From Candidatus Ryanbacteria bacterium (GTDB lineage Bacteria > Patescibacteriota > Minisyncoccia > Ryanbacterales > GWA2-47-10b): a DNA stretch of 47,324 bases. The position numbers were made by a program, and so were the translations under genes. Below, piece by piece: positions 37,812 through 46,672 of this stretch. Under the pieces are notes generated by a model, which worked only from the letters and a program-made list of their open reading frames with translations, was not told the origin of the DNA and ran no database searches. Positions within the stretch are counted from its first letter, which is position 1, and the number at the start of each line of letters is the position of its first letter. The stretch is from NCBI GenBank assembly GCA_009691385.1, contig SICQ01000002.1:1-47324 (forward strand), in the 5' to 3' direction.

Positions 37812-38288
37812 TTATGATACCAAAGGTGGCTTTTTTACGCCCATGCGCAAAATTTTCGCATTGGCTTTCTTGAGAAGCTCTCTGCTATTTTTATGTTTGA
37901 TAATTTTCATGGCTTTCTCAAAAGGCGCCCACACAAAACCCTTGTGTTCTTCTGATATTTTGATGGTGCGGGCAAACACCTCACCTAAGTAGAAGGTGAT
38001 AAACTTGAGTCGCTGCTCTGCGTCCTCAGTTTTGGGTGGCCACTGATAGCGAAAATGAATCGTTTCTTTGTATCCGGGGATAAATTTGACGCGCGAGATG
38101 CCAGTCTCCTCCTCTATCTCACGGCGCGCGGCATCAATAGGTCGCTCGCCTTCTTCGAGGCGCCCGCGCGGAAAGGTCCAGTGATTGCGTGTCGCATACT
38201 GAAGAAGCACATACCAGACGCGCCCACCCTGCCGCCGGAATATGATAGCTCCCGCGGACCGTTCTACTATTACTTTTTTTTCAGTCAT
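37812..38288 (-). CDS. Nudix hydrolase (Ap4A hydrolase-like)
   Basis: SAGAII, HWTFPRG, Nudix box GRLEEGERPIDAARREIEEETG, SEEH. Confidence 0.9.
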   Translation of the reverse strand: MTEKKVIVERSAGAIIFRRQGGRVWYVLLQYATRNHWTFPRGRLEEGERPIDAARREIEEETGISRVKFIPGYKETIHFRYQWPPKTEDAEQRLKFITFYLGEVFARTIKISEEHKGFVWAPFEKAMKIIKHKNSRELLKKANAKILRMGVKKPPLVS

Positions 38289-40012
38289 AAGAGATGACGC
38301 TTTTGTTTTGGGGTCGCCAAAAACTTCTGTAACGCCGGCAATGCAAGCGTGTTAAGAACATGATTTTTGGGAAGACCTGCGCGTCGCGCTTGCCCTATAC
38401 CATACTCCAAATACGAGAGCTCCGCAAGAGAGTGAGCGTCCGTATCAATGCTAAACATCGCACCCGCATCTACTCCGCGTTTTATATGATCATCTTTCAA
38501 ATCAAGTCGCCACGGATGCGCGTCGATCTCAAGCACCGTACCAGTTGCGACAGCGTGCACAATGATGCGATCAATATCAACCGCGTACGGATCTCTTTTT
38601 TTAAGCACGCGACCGGTCGGATGAAATAAAATATCGACATGCGGATTGGACATCGCGCGCATGATGCGCTCGGTCTGTTCATCTTCTGATAAGTTAAAAT
38701 GCGAATGAACAGCCGCGCCCACAATATCAAGCTCTGATAACACTTCGTCAGAGATATCGAGCGTGCCGTCTTTCATAATATTTACTTCGGCACTTTTTAA
38801 AATTTTGATGCCTGATATTTTTTTACCAAGCGCATCAATCTCACGCATTTGTTTGCGTAATTTTTTTTCGTCTGATCCGCCCGTCATCGCAAGACTTTTG
38901 GTATGATCAGTGATCGCGATATATTCGTGACCAAGTCGCTTGGCCTCGCGCACCATCGCCTCTAGTGAACCTGTGCCATCAGTCCAATCAGTTTGTGTTT
39001 GGAAGTCTCCGCGTAAATCTGTAAAACCTACGAGCTCACTATATTTTTTTTCAAGCTCATCTCTCCCTTCGCGTAGTTCAGGTGGCGGCATGATGACTCC
39101 GAGTGCTTTGTATACTTCTTCTTCGGTCGCCCCTGCGATTATTTTCGTACCACGATACAGGCCATATTCGTTGAGCTTTAATTTGCGTTTGAGTGCGAGC
39201 GAGCGCAGTATGACATTGTGATCTTTCGAACCTGTAAAATAAATAAGTGCCGCACCAAAAGATTTTTTGGGTAGTACACGCACATCGACATCAATGCCGT
39301 CTTTAATACGCACTGAACTTTTGGTCTCGCCATGTGCAATAATGTGCGCGACATCTTCGCGTGATACAAATGCATTCATCACCGCATCCGCATCAATAGC
39401 TTCTACCAAAATATCAATATCACCTGATGTCTCGCGCCATCGTCTGATCGATCCTGCAATCTCTACGCGAGAGACGCCTTTTACTTTGCGTAAGTCATCG
39501 GCGATGCGCCGCGCAATCGGCAACGCTTCACCCAATAAAAATCTTCCGCGCGATGATTCGAAAAACTCAATGCCTTTTAAAATTTTCTGTTCAGACTTGA
39601 GACCGAACTTTTCGAGCTTTTGGATCTTGCCCGCGAGCGCCGCCTTTTTGAGACTTGCTACATCTTTTACTTTTAATTTCTCAAAGAGTGTTTTTATCGC
39701 CTTGGGACCAACACCTTCAATGCTTCGCAACTCTTCCATGTTGACCGGCATTTTTTTGCGCATGGCACCCAACTCGCGCACGCGACCAGTCTTGATATAT
39801 TCTTCGATGGTTTGTGCGATTCCCTTGCCGATACCGGGGATTTCTTCAAGTGCTTTGCGTCCGGCGCTCTCATATATCGCTCGCACATCACTATCGAGCG
39901 TCGAGAGCGTCTCGGCTACTTTTTCGTACGCGCGCGCTTTAAACGGTTCATCAAACACCGTAAAGTATTCTGCGATGGCAAAGAGTATATCTGAAATGTC
40001 CTTATTCTTCAT
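38285..40012 (-). CDS. polX: DNA polymerase X with PHP domain
   Basis: HhH motifs IPGIG and IEGVG, AGSIRR, GDID, YFTGS, LNEYG, PHP motifs ITDH and DTDAH. Confidence 0.95.
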   Translation of the reverse strand: MKNKDISDILFAIAEYFTVFDEPFKARAYEKVAETLSTLDSDVRAIYESAGRKALEEIPGIGKGIAQTIEEYIKTGRVRELGAMRKKMPVNMEELRSIEGVGPKAIKTLFEKLKVKDVASLKKAALAGKIQKLEKFGLKSEQKILKGIEFFESSRGRFLLGEALPIARRIADDLRKVKGVSRVEIAGSIRRWRETSGDIDILVEAIDADAVMNAFVSREDVAHIIAHGETKSSVRIKDGIDVDVRVLPKKSFGAALIYFTGSKDHNVILRSLALKRKLKLNEYGLYRGTKIIAGATEEEVYKALGVIMPPPELREGRDELEKKYSELVGFTDLRGDFQTQTDWTDGTGSLEAMVREAKRLGHEYIAITDHTKSLAMTGGSDEKKLRKQMREIDALGKKISGIKILKSAEVNIMKDGTLDISDEVLSELDIVGAAVHSHFNLSEDEQTERIMRAMSNPHVDILFHPTGRVLKKRDPYAVDIDRIIVHAVATGTVLEIDAHPWRLDLKDDHIKRGVDAGAMFSIDTDAHSLAELSYLEYGIGQARRAGLPKNHVLNTLALPALQKFLATPKQKRHLL

Positions 40013-40096
40013 AGTGTATAAGCTTAGTATAGCGCAGAGAAAAGTTTTCCACAGCGAAATGTATCATAAAAACTTTTTACACTCTATACTTATATC

Positions 40097-40279
40097 AGAA
40101 CTTAAGAGCACCGAAATTCAGAGAAGAGCGAGGTTCGCGTAATGGCCAACAACCGGCACTGACACTCATGTGTCACCTACACACCTCCCCCTTCCTTGCA
40201 GTTCCCCTGCTCCACGCACCTTTCACAATTTTCTCTTCACACAATGGCCTGCCCTTCACGGACAGGCCTAAACTTTTTT
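40097..40279 (+). ncRNA. Candidate small RNA rich in C-rich/anti-SD motifs
   Basis: TATACT at 40085-40090, long-range stems, two internal hairpins and a terminator-like hairpin with a T run. No ORF of useful length. Confidence 0.4.
40246..40279 (+). terminator. Intrinsic terminator-like hairpin
   Basis: GGCCTGCC-CTTCAC-GG(A)CAGGCC followed by TAAACTTTTTT. Confidence 0.55.
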
Positions 40280-40304
40280 ATACCAAGATTTTATTTTTTA
40301 AATA

Positions 40305-40931
40305 CTAAAAGAGAGAAACTTGTGGTGCATCTTCTTCGGAAGATTTTTTTGTTTGAGCAACTTCCGGTTTTATTACTTCAACCTCGCCCGATACGATTGC
40401 GGGGAGCTTGGCAAATGTTTCTTTAAATTGGTTGAGTACTGTAGTACCGCGCAGAGCTGCTGCCGGATGAAACATCGGTACGATTTTTTTATCATCCACA
40501 ATAAATGTTTTTCCTTGGTCGCGAGAAATCTTCGCATCAGGCAAAAAATAATTCATCGCGAATCTGCCGAGAGGCACAATAATGCGTGGGCTAATGATTT
40601 CTATTTGTCGCGCAAGATAGGGTTTATATACCTCAATCTCTTCGGGTAGTGGATCACGATTTTCTGGCGGTCGGCGTTTTACAATATTGGTTATGTATAC
40701 TTGCTCTCGGTGCCACCCGATACTTTTAATACACTCGGTGAGCAACTCTCCTCCCCTCCCTACAAACGGGCGGCCTAACCTATCTTCATGAAACCCTGGT
40801 GCCTCGCCAATAAATAAAACTTCTGCGTCCGCATTCCCTTCACCAAACACCAAGCGAGATTCTTGGAGTGGGAGTGAGCTGTCGCCAATCATCTCTTGCT
40901 CGAGACCTGCGAGCAATTCTTTTTTGGTCAT
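40305..40931 (-). CDS. udg: Uracil-DNA glycosylase, family 4-like
   Basis: VFGEG, IGEAPG, GRPFVG, TNIVKxRPPENRDP, HPAA. Confidence 0.92.
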   Translation of the reverse strand: MTKKELLAGLEQEMIGDSSLPLQESRLVFGEGNADAEVLFIGEAPGFHEDRLGRPFVGRGGELLTECIKSIGWHREQVYITNIVKRRPPENRDPLPEEIEVYKPYLARQIEIISPRIIVPLGRFAMNYFLPDAKISRDQGKTFIVDDKKIVPMFHPAAALRGTTVLNQFKETFAKLPAIVSGEVEVIKPEVAQTKKSSEEDAPQVSLF

Positions 40932-42025
40932 ACTATTCCTGTGACTCGTATGAGTTCAAAGATTGCACCGGCCGCAAGTGCGAGTGCTACACCACCTGCA
41001 ACGAGCATGCGTGTACCGAGTACGCGGCGCGCGAGAAGCGCTATGATCACACCTTCAACACCAACACCAACCGCGCCGATGATATCGAGCAATAAAATAA
41101 AACTGCGTACACCCGCAAGATAGATGACGAGCGGTACAAACGCGGTAAGTGCCCATGCAACTTTTTGTGAGCGACCAAGATCATACTCAAATGTGTAGCG
41201 CAATTCTAAACCGAGCGCGATGTATGAGGTGATGACTGCGAGAAGCCCGAGCAATGTGCCAACAACATATGCACGATGACCAATACTTGTCGCGAGCACC
41301 GACAACGAATCATGTGGCGGCACGCCACCCGCAAGGCCAATGATCGTCAAACTAAATGCTGCGTAAACTAGTATCGCAATCACGCTACCGGCGATAATCA
41401 CAGGAAATATTTTTTTATGCGCGGATGCCCCGAGCGTATCGATTACCTCTGGTATCACTGAAGCTCCCGATAATGCGAAAAGAAAAATACCGTACGGCAA
41501 AAACCAATCACCATGACCTCCAAGTGTCACTGTAGAAAAATCAAACTGTGGCCACCATATGAAAAAGAAAATGAGTGGCAAAAACACTTCGGGTAGGGTA
41601 AGTACAAAATTGATCGTACCGATGCGCGAGAGGCGAAAAAGAATAAGTGGTGAAACAAGAATAAAAAAAGTGATAGCGAGCGTTGTCTCAGACAACGGAA
41701 TGATATGCGCAAAAAAATCACCGATGATAATGCCGTACGCGAGCAAAAATCCCCAATACGCAAGCAGGCGAGAAACAAGCGCTATCCAAAAACCACTCTC
41801 GCCCAAATATTCACGAGCGTATCCTGGGAGGCGCGCGTGCCTACGGTCTTTTAAAATAACGCCCGCATAGAGTGCGTGCGTGAGCGTCACCAATACCAGT
41901 ACGACAACAGCATGAATGAGTGACCAACCCATGCCCGCCCGCACAATCGTATACGGCAAGGCAAACATGCCAGCACCGATAATCATGCCTGCTAAAAGCC
42001 CCGTCGCTTTGAGCGTGCGGAACAT
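40928..42025 (-). CDS. Aromatic amino acid (Trp/Tyr) permease family transporter
   Basis: GMIIGAGMFALPY, PYGIFLFA, about 11 TM segments. Confidence 0.85.
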   Translation of the reverse strand: MFRTLKATGLLAGMIIGAGMFALPYTIVRAGMGWSLIHAVVVLVLVTLTHALYAGVILKDRRHARLPGYAREYLGESGFWIALVSRLLAYWGFLLAYGIIIGDFFAHIIPLSETTLAITFFILVSPLILFRLSRIGTINFVLTLPEVFLPLIFFFIWWPQFDFSTVTLGGHGDWFLPYGIFLFALSGASVIPEVIDTLGASAHKKIFPVIIAGSVIAILVYAAFSLTIIGLAGGVPPHDSLSVLATSIGHRAYVVGTLLGLLAVITSYIALGLELRYTFEYDLGRSQKVAWALTAFVPLVIYLAGVRSFILLLDIIGAVGVGVEGVIIALLARRVLGTRMLVAGGVALALAAGAIFELIRVTGIV

Positions 42026-42033
42026 ATAGATTT

Positions 42034-42615
42034 CTAGACTGCGTCTATCTTCTCTCGCTTGAGAATGGCGACGAGTTTTTCTACAAGCTCTTTTGGATCG
42101 TTTGAATAGACAACAAGCGGATTGTCCTTTGCTCGGTGAGATTCAGCTATCACTTCATCGATAAGCTCGGTGGTGCCTCCTGTCTCGGTAAGAATGCCGA
42201 TGGGTTTTTTATCTTCAAAAGCAATAGTGAACTCGTTGAGCGTGCCAATACGCCCACAACCGATTATCACGGCATCGCTCGAGCGAGTAAGAAGTAAATT
42301 GCGCCCTGACATACCAGCTCCCGTATAGATAATCATATCCATATAGTCGAGTGGGAGATCAAAAGTCTCACGATGCTCTTTTTCGGTTGCCGCAGGTGAA
42401 ATACCAATAGTTGCCCCGCCAGCTTCTTTGGCGCCAATAGCCGCCCAGTACGGAAAGCCTGTGGTAGCACCATTGACCAAAATAGCGCCGATAGTCGCTA
42501 TCTCTTTGCCGATTGCTTTTGCCTTATCAAGCGCATCCGCCGAACAATGCGCGGTATCGGCAGCTCCCGATACGCAGATTTTGAGTTTCAGATGATTGTG
42601 TGCGGGTTTATTCAT
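42034..42615 (-). CDS. LOG-family nucleotide-binding protein (TIGR00725-like)
   Basis: GAKEAGGATIGISP, GRNLLL, GRIGTLNEF. Confidence 0.85.
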   Translation of the reverse strand: MNKPAHNHLKLKICVSGAADTAHCSADALDKAKAIGKEIATIGAILVNGATTGFPYWAAIGAKEAGGATIGISPAATEKEHRETFDLPLDYMDMIIYTGAGMSGRNLLLTRSSDAVIIGCGRIGTLNEFTIAFEDKKPIGILTETGGTTELIDEVIAESHRAKDNPLVVYSNDPKELVEKLVAILKREKIDAV

Positions 42616-42627
42616 AAACCCAGCGTA

Positions 42628-43977
42628 TCAGAACTCGTAGACCTCACCAAGGCGTGGAGCGTGCGATTGCAGACCCAAATAGTCACGAATGCGCTGTGAA
42701 AGAAAAAGCGCCGCTGATGGTTCGCCCTGCACCACAAAAACTTTTTCAAGCGTGTCTACATTTTGCTGTACAAATTCAAGAAGCATATTGGTATCGGCAT
42801 GCGCGGAATACCCATGGATAGAACGAACCTCGGCATTCACCGAAACTTTTTCACCCATGATGGTGACTTGTCGCTCACCGTCCATAATGCGCCGGCCAAC
42901 GGATCCAGCACCCTGATACCCAATAAACAAAATAATACTATTTTTATCGTGGAGATGTCGTTTTGCGTGATGTAAAATCCTCCCACCCGTCATCATGCCC
43001 GCACCCGCCAAAATCACCTTGGGACCCTGCACATCATTGATCGCTTTTGATTCGTCAGTGGTAAGTGTCCGATGAAGCCCGGGGAATTGAAAAAGATCAT
43101 CTCCCGCCTTGATGAGCGCTTTGGCGTCAGGACCAAAATAGCTCGTATGCTTGCGGTACACATCAGTCGCGCGAATAGCCAAAGGACTGTCAAGAAACAC
43201 GGGAATGCGTGGCACGCGTCCGTGCTCCATCAGATCATTGAACTCAAAGAGAAGCTCTTGGGTGCGTTCGAGCGCGAACGCAGGTATCATCAGTGTGCCG
43301 CCGCGCTTTGCGATATCTTCAATAGCTCGCTCAAGTTTTATCTTGCGCTCACTGTTATCTTCATGCACACGATCGCCGTACGCGGATTCGATGATCATCA
43401 TATTGACCCCTACGATTGATTCGGGTGGATTGAGGAGTGGCATGGGCTTGTTGCCGAGGTCTCCCGTAAACAATATCTTTTTATCACCAATCTCAAAGAG
43501 CACCATGAGTGACCCTAAGATATGCCCCGCTTCGTAAAAAGTCACACCAATGTCGCCCACCATAAAACGCTGATGATACGGCACGGCCTCCCAAAGCTTG
43601 AGCGCGCCCTCCACATCTTCCATGGCGTAGATTGCCTGCTCGCCGTTGCGTGACGCTTCTTTCTCGAGCACGCCGAGACTATCTTCGAGCATGAGTTTAC
43701 CAAAATCTTTTGTAGGTGGGGTTGAGAAAATTTTACCCTTGAATCCATATTTAATAAGTTTTGGGATGCGCCCCGTATGGTCGATATGCGCATGAGTTAC
43801 AAAAAGCGCGTCGATAGTCGCCGGATCGTAGGGAAATTCGTTTGCGTTGCGAGCGGCGCAAAAGCGCGGACATTGAAACATACCACAGTCAACGAGCACG
43901 CGCGCCTTTTCAGTTTCAATAAGATAGTTCGCTCCCGTGACCTCTTGAGCTCCTCCACAAAAAGTAATTTTAAACAT
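42628..43977 (-). CDS. MBL-fold beta-CASP ribonuclease
   Basis: GGAQEVTG, THAHIDH, AGHILGS, TGDLG, ESAYG, YSAHAD. Confidence 0.92.
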   Translation of the reverse strand: MFKITFCGGAQEVTGANYLIETEKARVLVDCGMFQCPRFCAARNANEFPYDPATIDALFVTHAHIDHTGRIPKLIKYGFKGKIFSTPPTKDFGKLMLEDSLGVLEKEASRNGEQAIYAMEDVEGALKLWEAVPYHQRFMVGDIGVTFYEAGHILGSLMVLFEIGDKKILFTGDLGNKPMPLLNPPESIVGVNMMIIESAYGDRVHEDNSERKIKLERAIEDIAKRGGTLMIPAFALERTQELLFEFNDLMEHGRVPRIPVFLDSPLAIRATDVYRKHTSYFGPDAKALIKAGDDLFQFPGLHRTLTTDESKAINDVQGPKVILAGAGMMTGGRILHHAKRHLHDKNSIILFIGYQGAGSVGRRIMDGERQVTIMGEKVSVNAEVRSIHGYSAHADTNMLLEFVQQNVDTLEKVFVVQGEPSAALFLSQRIRDYLGLQSHAPRLGEVYEF

Positions 43978-44365
43978 TACCTTTAGTATACCGATTCGCG
44001 AACACTGCGACTAGCATGGCGGCAATCACATCAAAAAAAAGATCCATGAGCGTATCGAGTATCCAGAGTGAATCGGCAAAACTCGCCTCCCCCACGCCAA
44101 AAAATGGCACATTGAACATATACTCGAGTACCTCCCAACCGATACCGATGAGAAACACAAAACTTATGATGGCAATCGGCCGCGCGCGTCTTCTCAATAC
44201 TAAAAATAGATACGCAACCCATGCGCCACCCATAAAATGCAGTATCCAATCAAGCCACCAAAATTGGTTGTACCAATCATACTTGGGCATGATGCTCACC
44301 GCGTGCAAGCCCAAAATCGCCACAAGCGAGAGTAGGAGTACGCTAAGGCGAGACGCCATGGTCAT
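43970..44365 (-). CDS. Small membrane protein (VanZ/DUF2238-like)
   Basis: DWILHFMGG, GIGWEVLEY, DTLMDL motifs; 4 TM segments. Confidence 0.75.
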   Translation of the reverse strand: MTMASRLSVLLLSLVAILGLHAVSIMPKYDWYNQFWWLDWILHFMGGAWVAYLFLVLRRRARPIAIISFVFLIGIGWEVLEYMFNVPFFGVGEASFADSLWILDTLMDLFFDVIAAMLVAVFANRYTKGNV

Positions 44366-44368
44366 GTG

Positions 44369-44959
44369 TTAAAAAGTAAGATCTTCTTCAGAACGCTTGT
44401 ACCCGTGAATTTCTGTAGGTGTGAACCAGAGAGCCATCTCGTGCGCTGCTTCTTCAGGCGTTTCTGACGCATGAACAAGATTGTGCACCGATCGTTTTTC
44501 GCGATTTGCTGACGCCGGAGAGTCTACCGAAAAATCACCGCGAATCGTACCCATCTCTGCGTTTGACGGCATGGTATTGCCGGCGATCTTGCGTACCATA
44601 TCGATGGCATGCACACCCTCGACAATCATCTTGACCACGGGGCCTGATGCCATAAAATCAAGCAGCCAACCGCGTACCATCGGGCCTATCTCTTCGGGTT
44701 TTTCGGTACCAAGCTCTTTGATCGGATCGTAACCGTATTTTTTATAGGTGTTGAGCGTCTTCTCGCCGATGCGATTTACCCATGCCGGATCTTTTGGATA
44801 ATGATTATCAAACTGATCGCGACCAGGGGCAGTCATTTGCATGGCAATAATCTTTAAATTGCGCTGTTCTAAGCGACGAACAATCTCGCCGGTAAGCCCG
44901 CGCTTTACGCCGTCAGGCTTTACGAGGAGAAATGTGCGCTCTTCTTTCGGATGTTTCAT
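44369..44959 (-). CDS. ndk: Nucleoside diphosphate kinase
   Basis: ERTFLLVKPDGVKRG, SGPVV, GTIRGDF, NLVHAS. Confidence 0.95.
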   Translation of the reverse strand: MKHPKEERTFLLVKPDGVKRGLTGEIVRRLEQRNLKIIAMQMTAPGRDQFDNHYPKDPAWVNRIGEKTLNTYKKYGYDPIKELGTEKPEEIGPMVRGWLLDFMASGPVVKMIVEGVHAIDMVRKIAGNTMPSNAEMGTIRGDFSVDSPASANREKRSVHNLVHASETPEEAAHEMALWFTPTEIHGYKRSEEDLTF

Positions 44960-45001
44960 AGATTCGTATATACTAATATAGTAAGCCCAAGCATAGCATA
45001 C

Positions 45002-46672
45002 ATGAGCACTTTTTCAAGACTTTTTATGAACGCCGCTGTAGTCACACTCTCCTTTGTTGTGGGTACTTTTTCTTATGCGCAGACAAGTGGCACTGAGCCT
45101 TTGTTGAATGTCCCGAGCGGCGAGCTCGCGGGGACTGTTCATATACAAGTACTGACCCTCGCGGCAATTCCTGGACCTATCGGTCTTTTTTTGGCACCAC
45201 CACAAATATTTCTCGGAGCATTGGTACGATCAACGAGCAACCCCCTCAAATGGGAATATGAATGGGACACAACACAAACTCCCAATGGCGCCTACCAGCT
45301 TATCGCACGGACCCAAACTGGCACCGAAGTATCACGGCCCGTTATCATACATAACGCTACGCAAAGCGGCACTGGATCTGATGCGACCACTCAACCGCCA
45401 CCTCCGCCGACAACCTCAGGCAATACTATACCGCCTCCACCAACAATCGCACTTCCACCACCGCCCCCGCCAACGACTTCGCAGCCTATTGTCGTCGAAC
45501 TCTCTCAAACGGGCGTCGTGCGTGAAGCGCTCTATATCACTCTTTCTGTAGAAAATGTGAATAATATAGAAATTTTTCTTGGCAAACTGTCCGAGAGCGA
45601 GGGTCGCCCTATTGGCAAAGCGGAGCGAACTCCTACAAATCCAAATCTTTGGCGATTTCGCCTCGATACTACAAAGTATGACAATGGTCTGTATAGCGTT
45701 GGCGCAAAGATACAATCAAATGGAAGTTCTTTTTGGACGAAAATTGACGAGATAACAATATTAAATGCAGTACCCCCCCCACCGCCAACACCATCAACCG
45801 TCATCGCTCCTCTATCACCAAAACCAATACTCAAACAACCCACGCATGAATCCACACTGCCCACAAAACAAGAACCGCCCGCACAGTATACTCAACCTCT
45901 CACCGAAACTGAAAAAGATGCTATCAAGCGCCGGATTCGTGATGATGTCAGTGCGATTACACAGACAACAGAAGCGATAGATAATCGTCCTCGAGAAAAT
46001 GCTGAGCTGCCGGATTCGGACGGCGACGGCATTACGGACTACGACGAGAAAAATATTTATAAAACAAACCCTGTACTCAAAGACTCCGATAAAGACGGTA
46101 TCAACGATAGTATCGAGCTTCTCTCAAACCAAGACCCAAACAACGCGACTGCGGCCACCATCACCTATCAAAGCCCAAAAGAAGCGGGTACCCCACGACC
46201 AGAGATTCTCGCGGTAGCTGATATCATACCTCTACTCATCACCGAACCTTCGGGCGCACAAACGGTTGATAAAATAACACTTACCGGAAAAGCCCCGCCC
46301 CACAGTCTTGTGACACTCTATATATTTAGCACGCCATTTGTCGTCACCGTACAGACAAACGCAGACGGCCAATGGGTCTATGTTTTTGATAAAGAATTGG
46401 CGGATGGCGAGCATGCTATCTACGCAACGATCACTGACAGTAAAGGATCGGTACTCGCAAAAAGCAATCCTCTGCCATTTATCAAAACAGCAAACGCCAT
46501 CACAAAGACTCCTTCGCTCGTCAAAACCACGGAGGTAAAGCCGAGTATCTACGGTAAACACCCGACATCATTTATCATCGCGCTTATCGCCTCTACTATC
46601 GGCATCGCTTTTATCGTGATCGGTCTTGTTGTGCGACGCAAACGCGCCGAAGCCGTGTTGCCACCCCAATGA
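45002..46672 (+). CDS. Cell-surface protein: signal peptide, Ig-like domains, Pro/Thr linkers, DxDxDG Ca-binding repeats, C-terminal TM anchor
   Basis: WDTT..PNGAY and LDTT..DNGLY Ig-like repeats, DSDGDG and DSDKDG, TM followed by RRKR; start uncertain. Confidence 0.8.
   Translation: MSTFSRLFMNAAVVTLSFVVGTFSYAQTSGTEPLLNVPSGELAGTVHIQVLTLAAIPGPIGLFLAPPQIFLGALVRSTSNPLKWEYEWDTTQTPNGAYQLIARTQTGTEVSRPVIIHNATQSGTGSDATTQPPPPPTTSGNTIPPPPTIALPPPPPPTTSQPIVVELSQTGVVREALYITLSVENVNNIEIFLGKLSESEGRPIGKAERTPTNPNLWRFRLDTTKYDNGLYSVGAKIQSNGSSFWTKIDEITILNAVPPPPPTPSTVIAPLSPKPILKQPTHESTLPTKQEPPAQYTQPLTETEKDAIKRRIRDDVSAITQTTEAIDNRPRENAELPDSDGDGITDYDEKNIYKTNPVLKDSDKDGINDSIELLSNQDPNNATAATITYQSPKEAGTPRPEILAVADIIPLLITEPSGAQTVDKITLTGKAPPHSLVTLYIFSTPFVVTVQTNADGQWVYVFDKELADGEHAIYATITDSKGSVLAKSNPLPFIKTANAITKTPSLVKTTEVKPSIYGKHPTSFIIALIASTIGIAFIVIGLVVRRKRAEAVLPPQ

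Noticed and set aside
39267..40142. 291-aa plus-strand ORF
   Set aside because: Antisense to polX, with the composition typical of a shadow frame.
40142..40162. Micro-ORF MANNRH after GAGGT
   Set aside because: Six codons, with its putative SD buried in the predicted stem. It cannot be supported without Ribo-seq.
40097..40245. Glycine or cobalamin riboswitch, or SRP RNA
   Set aside because: Only fragments match (CACCGAA; AAGGTGC...GGGAA). The remaining conserved cores are missing and there is no cognate downstream gene.
45380..45800. CCN-rich repeats
   Set aside because: These are explained by the Pro/Thr linkers of the surface protein.
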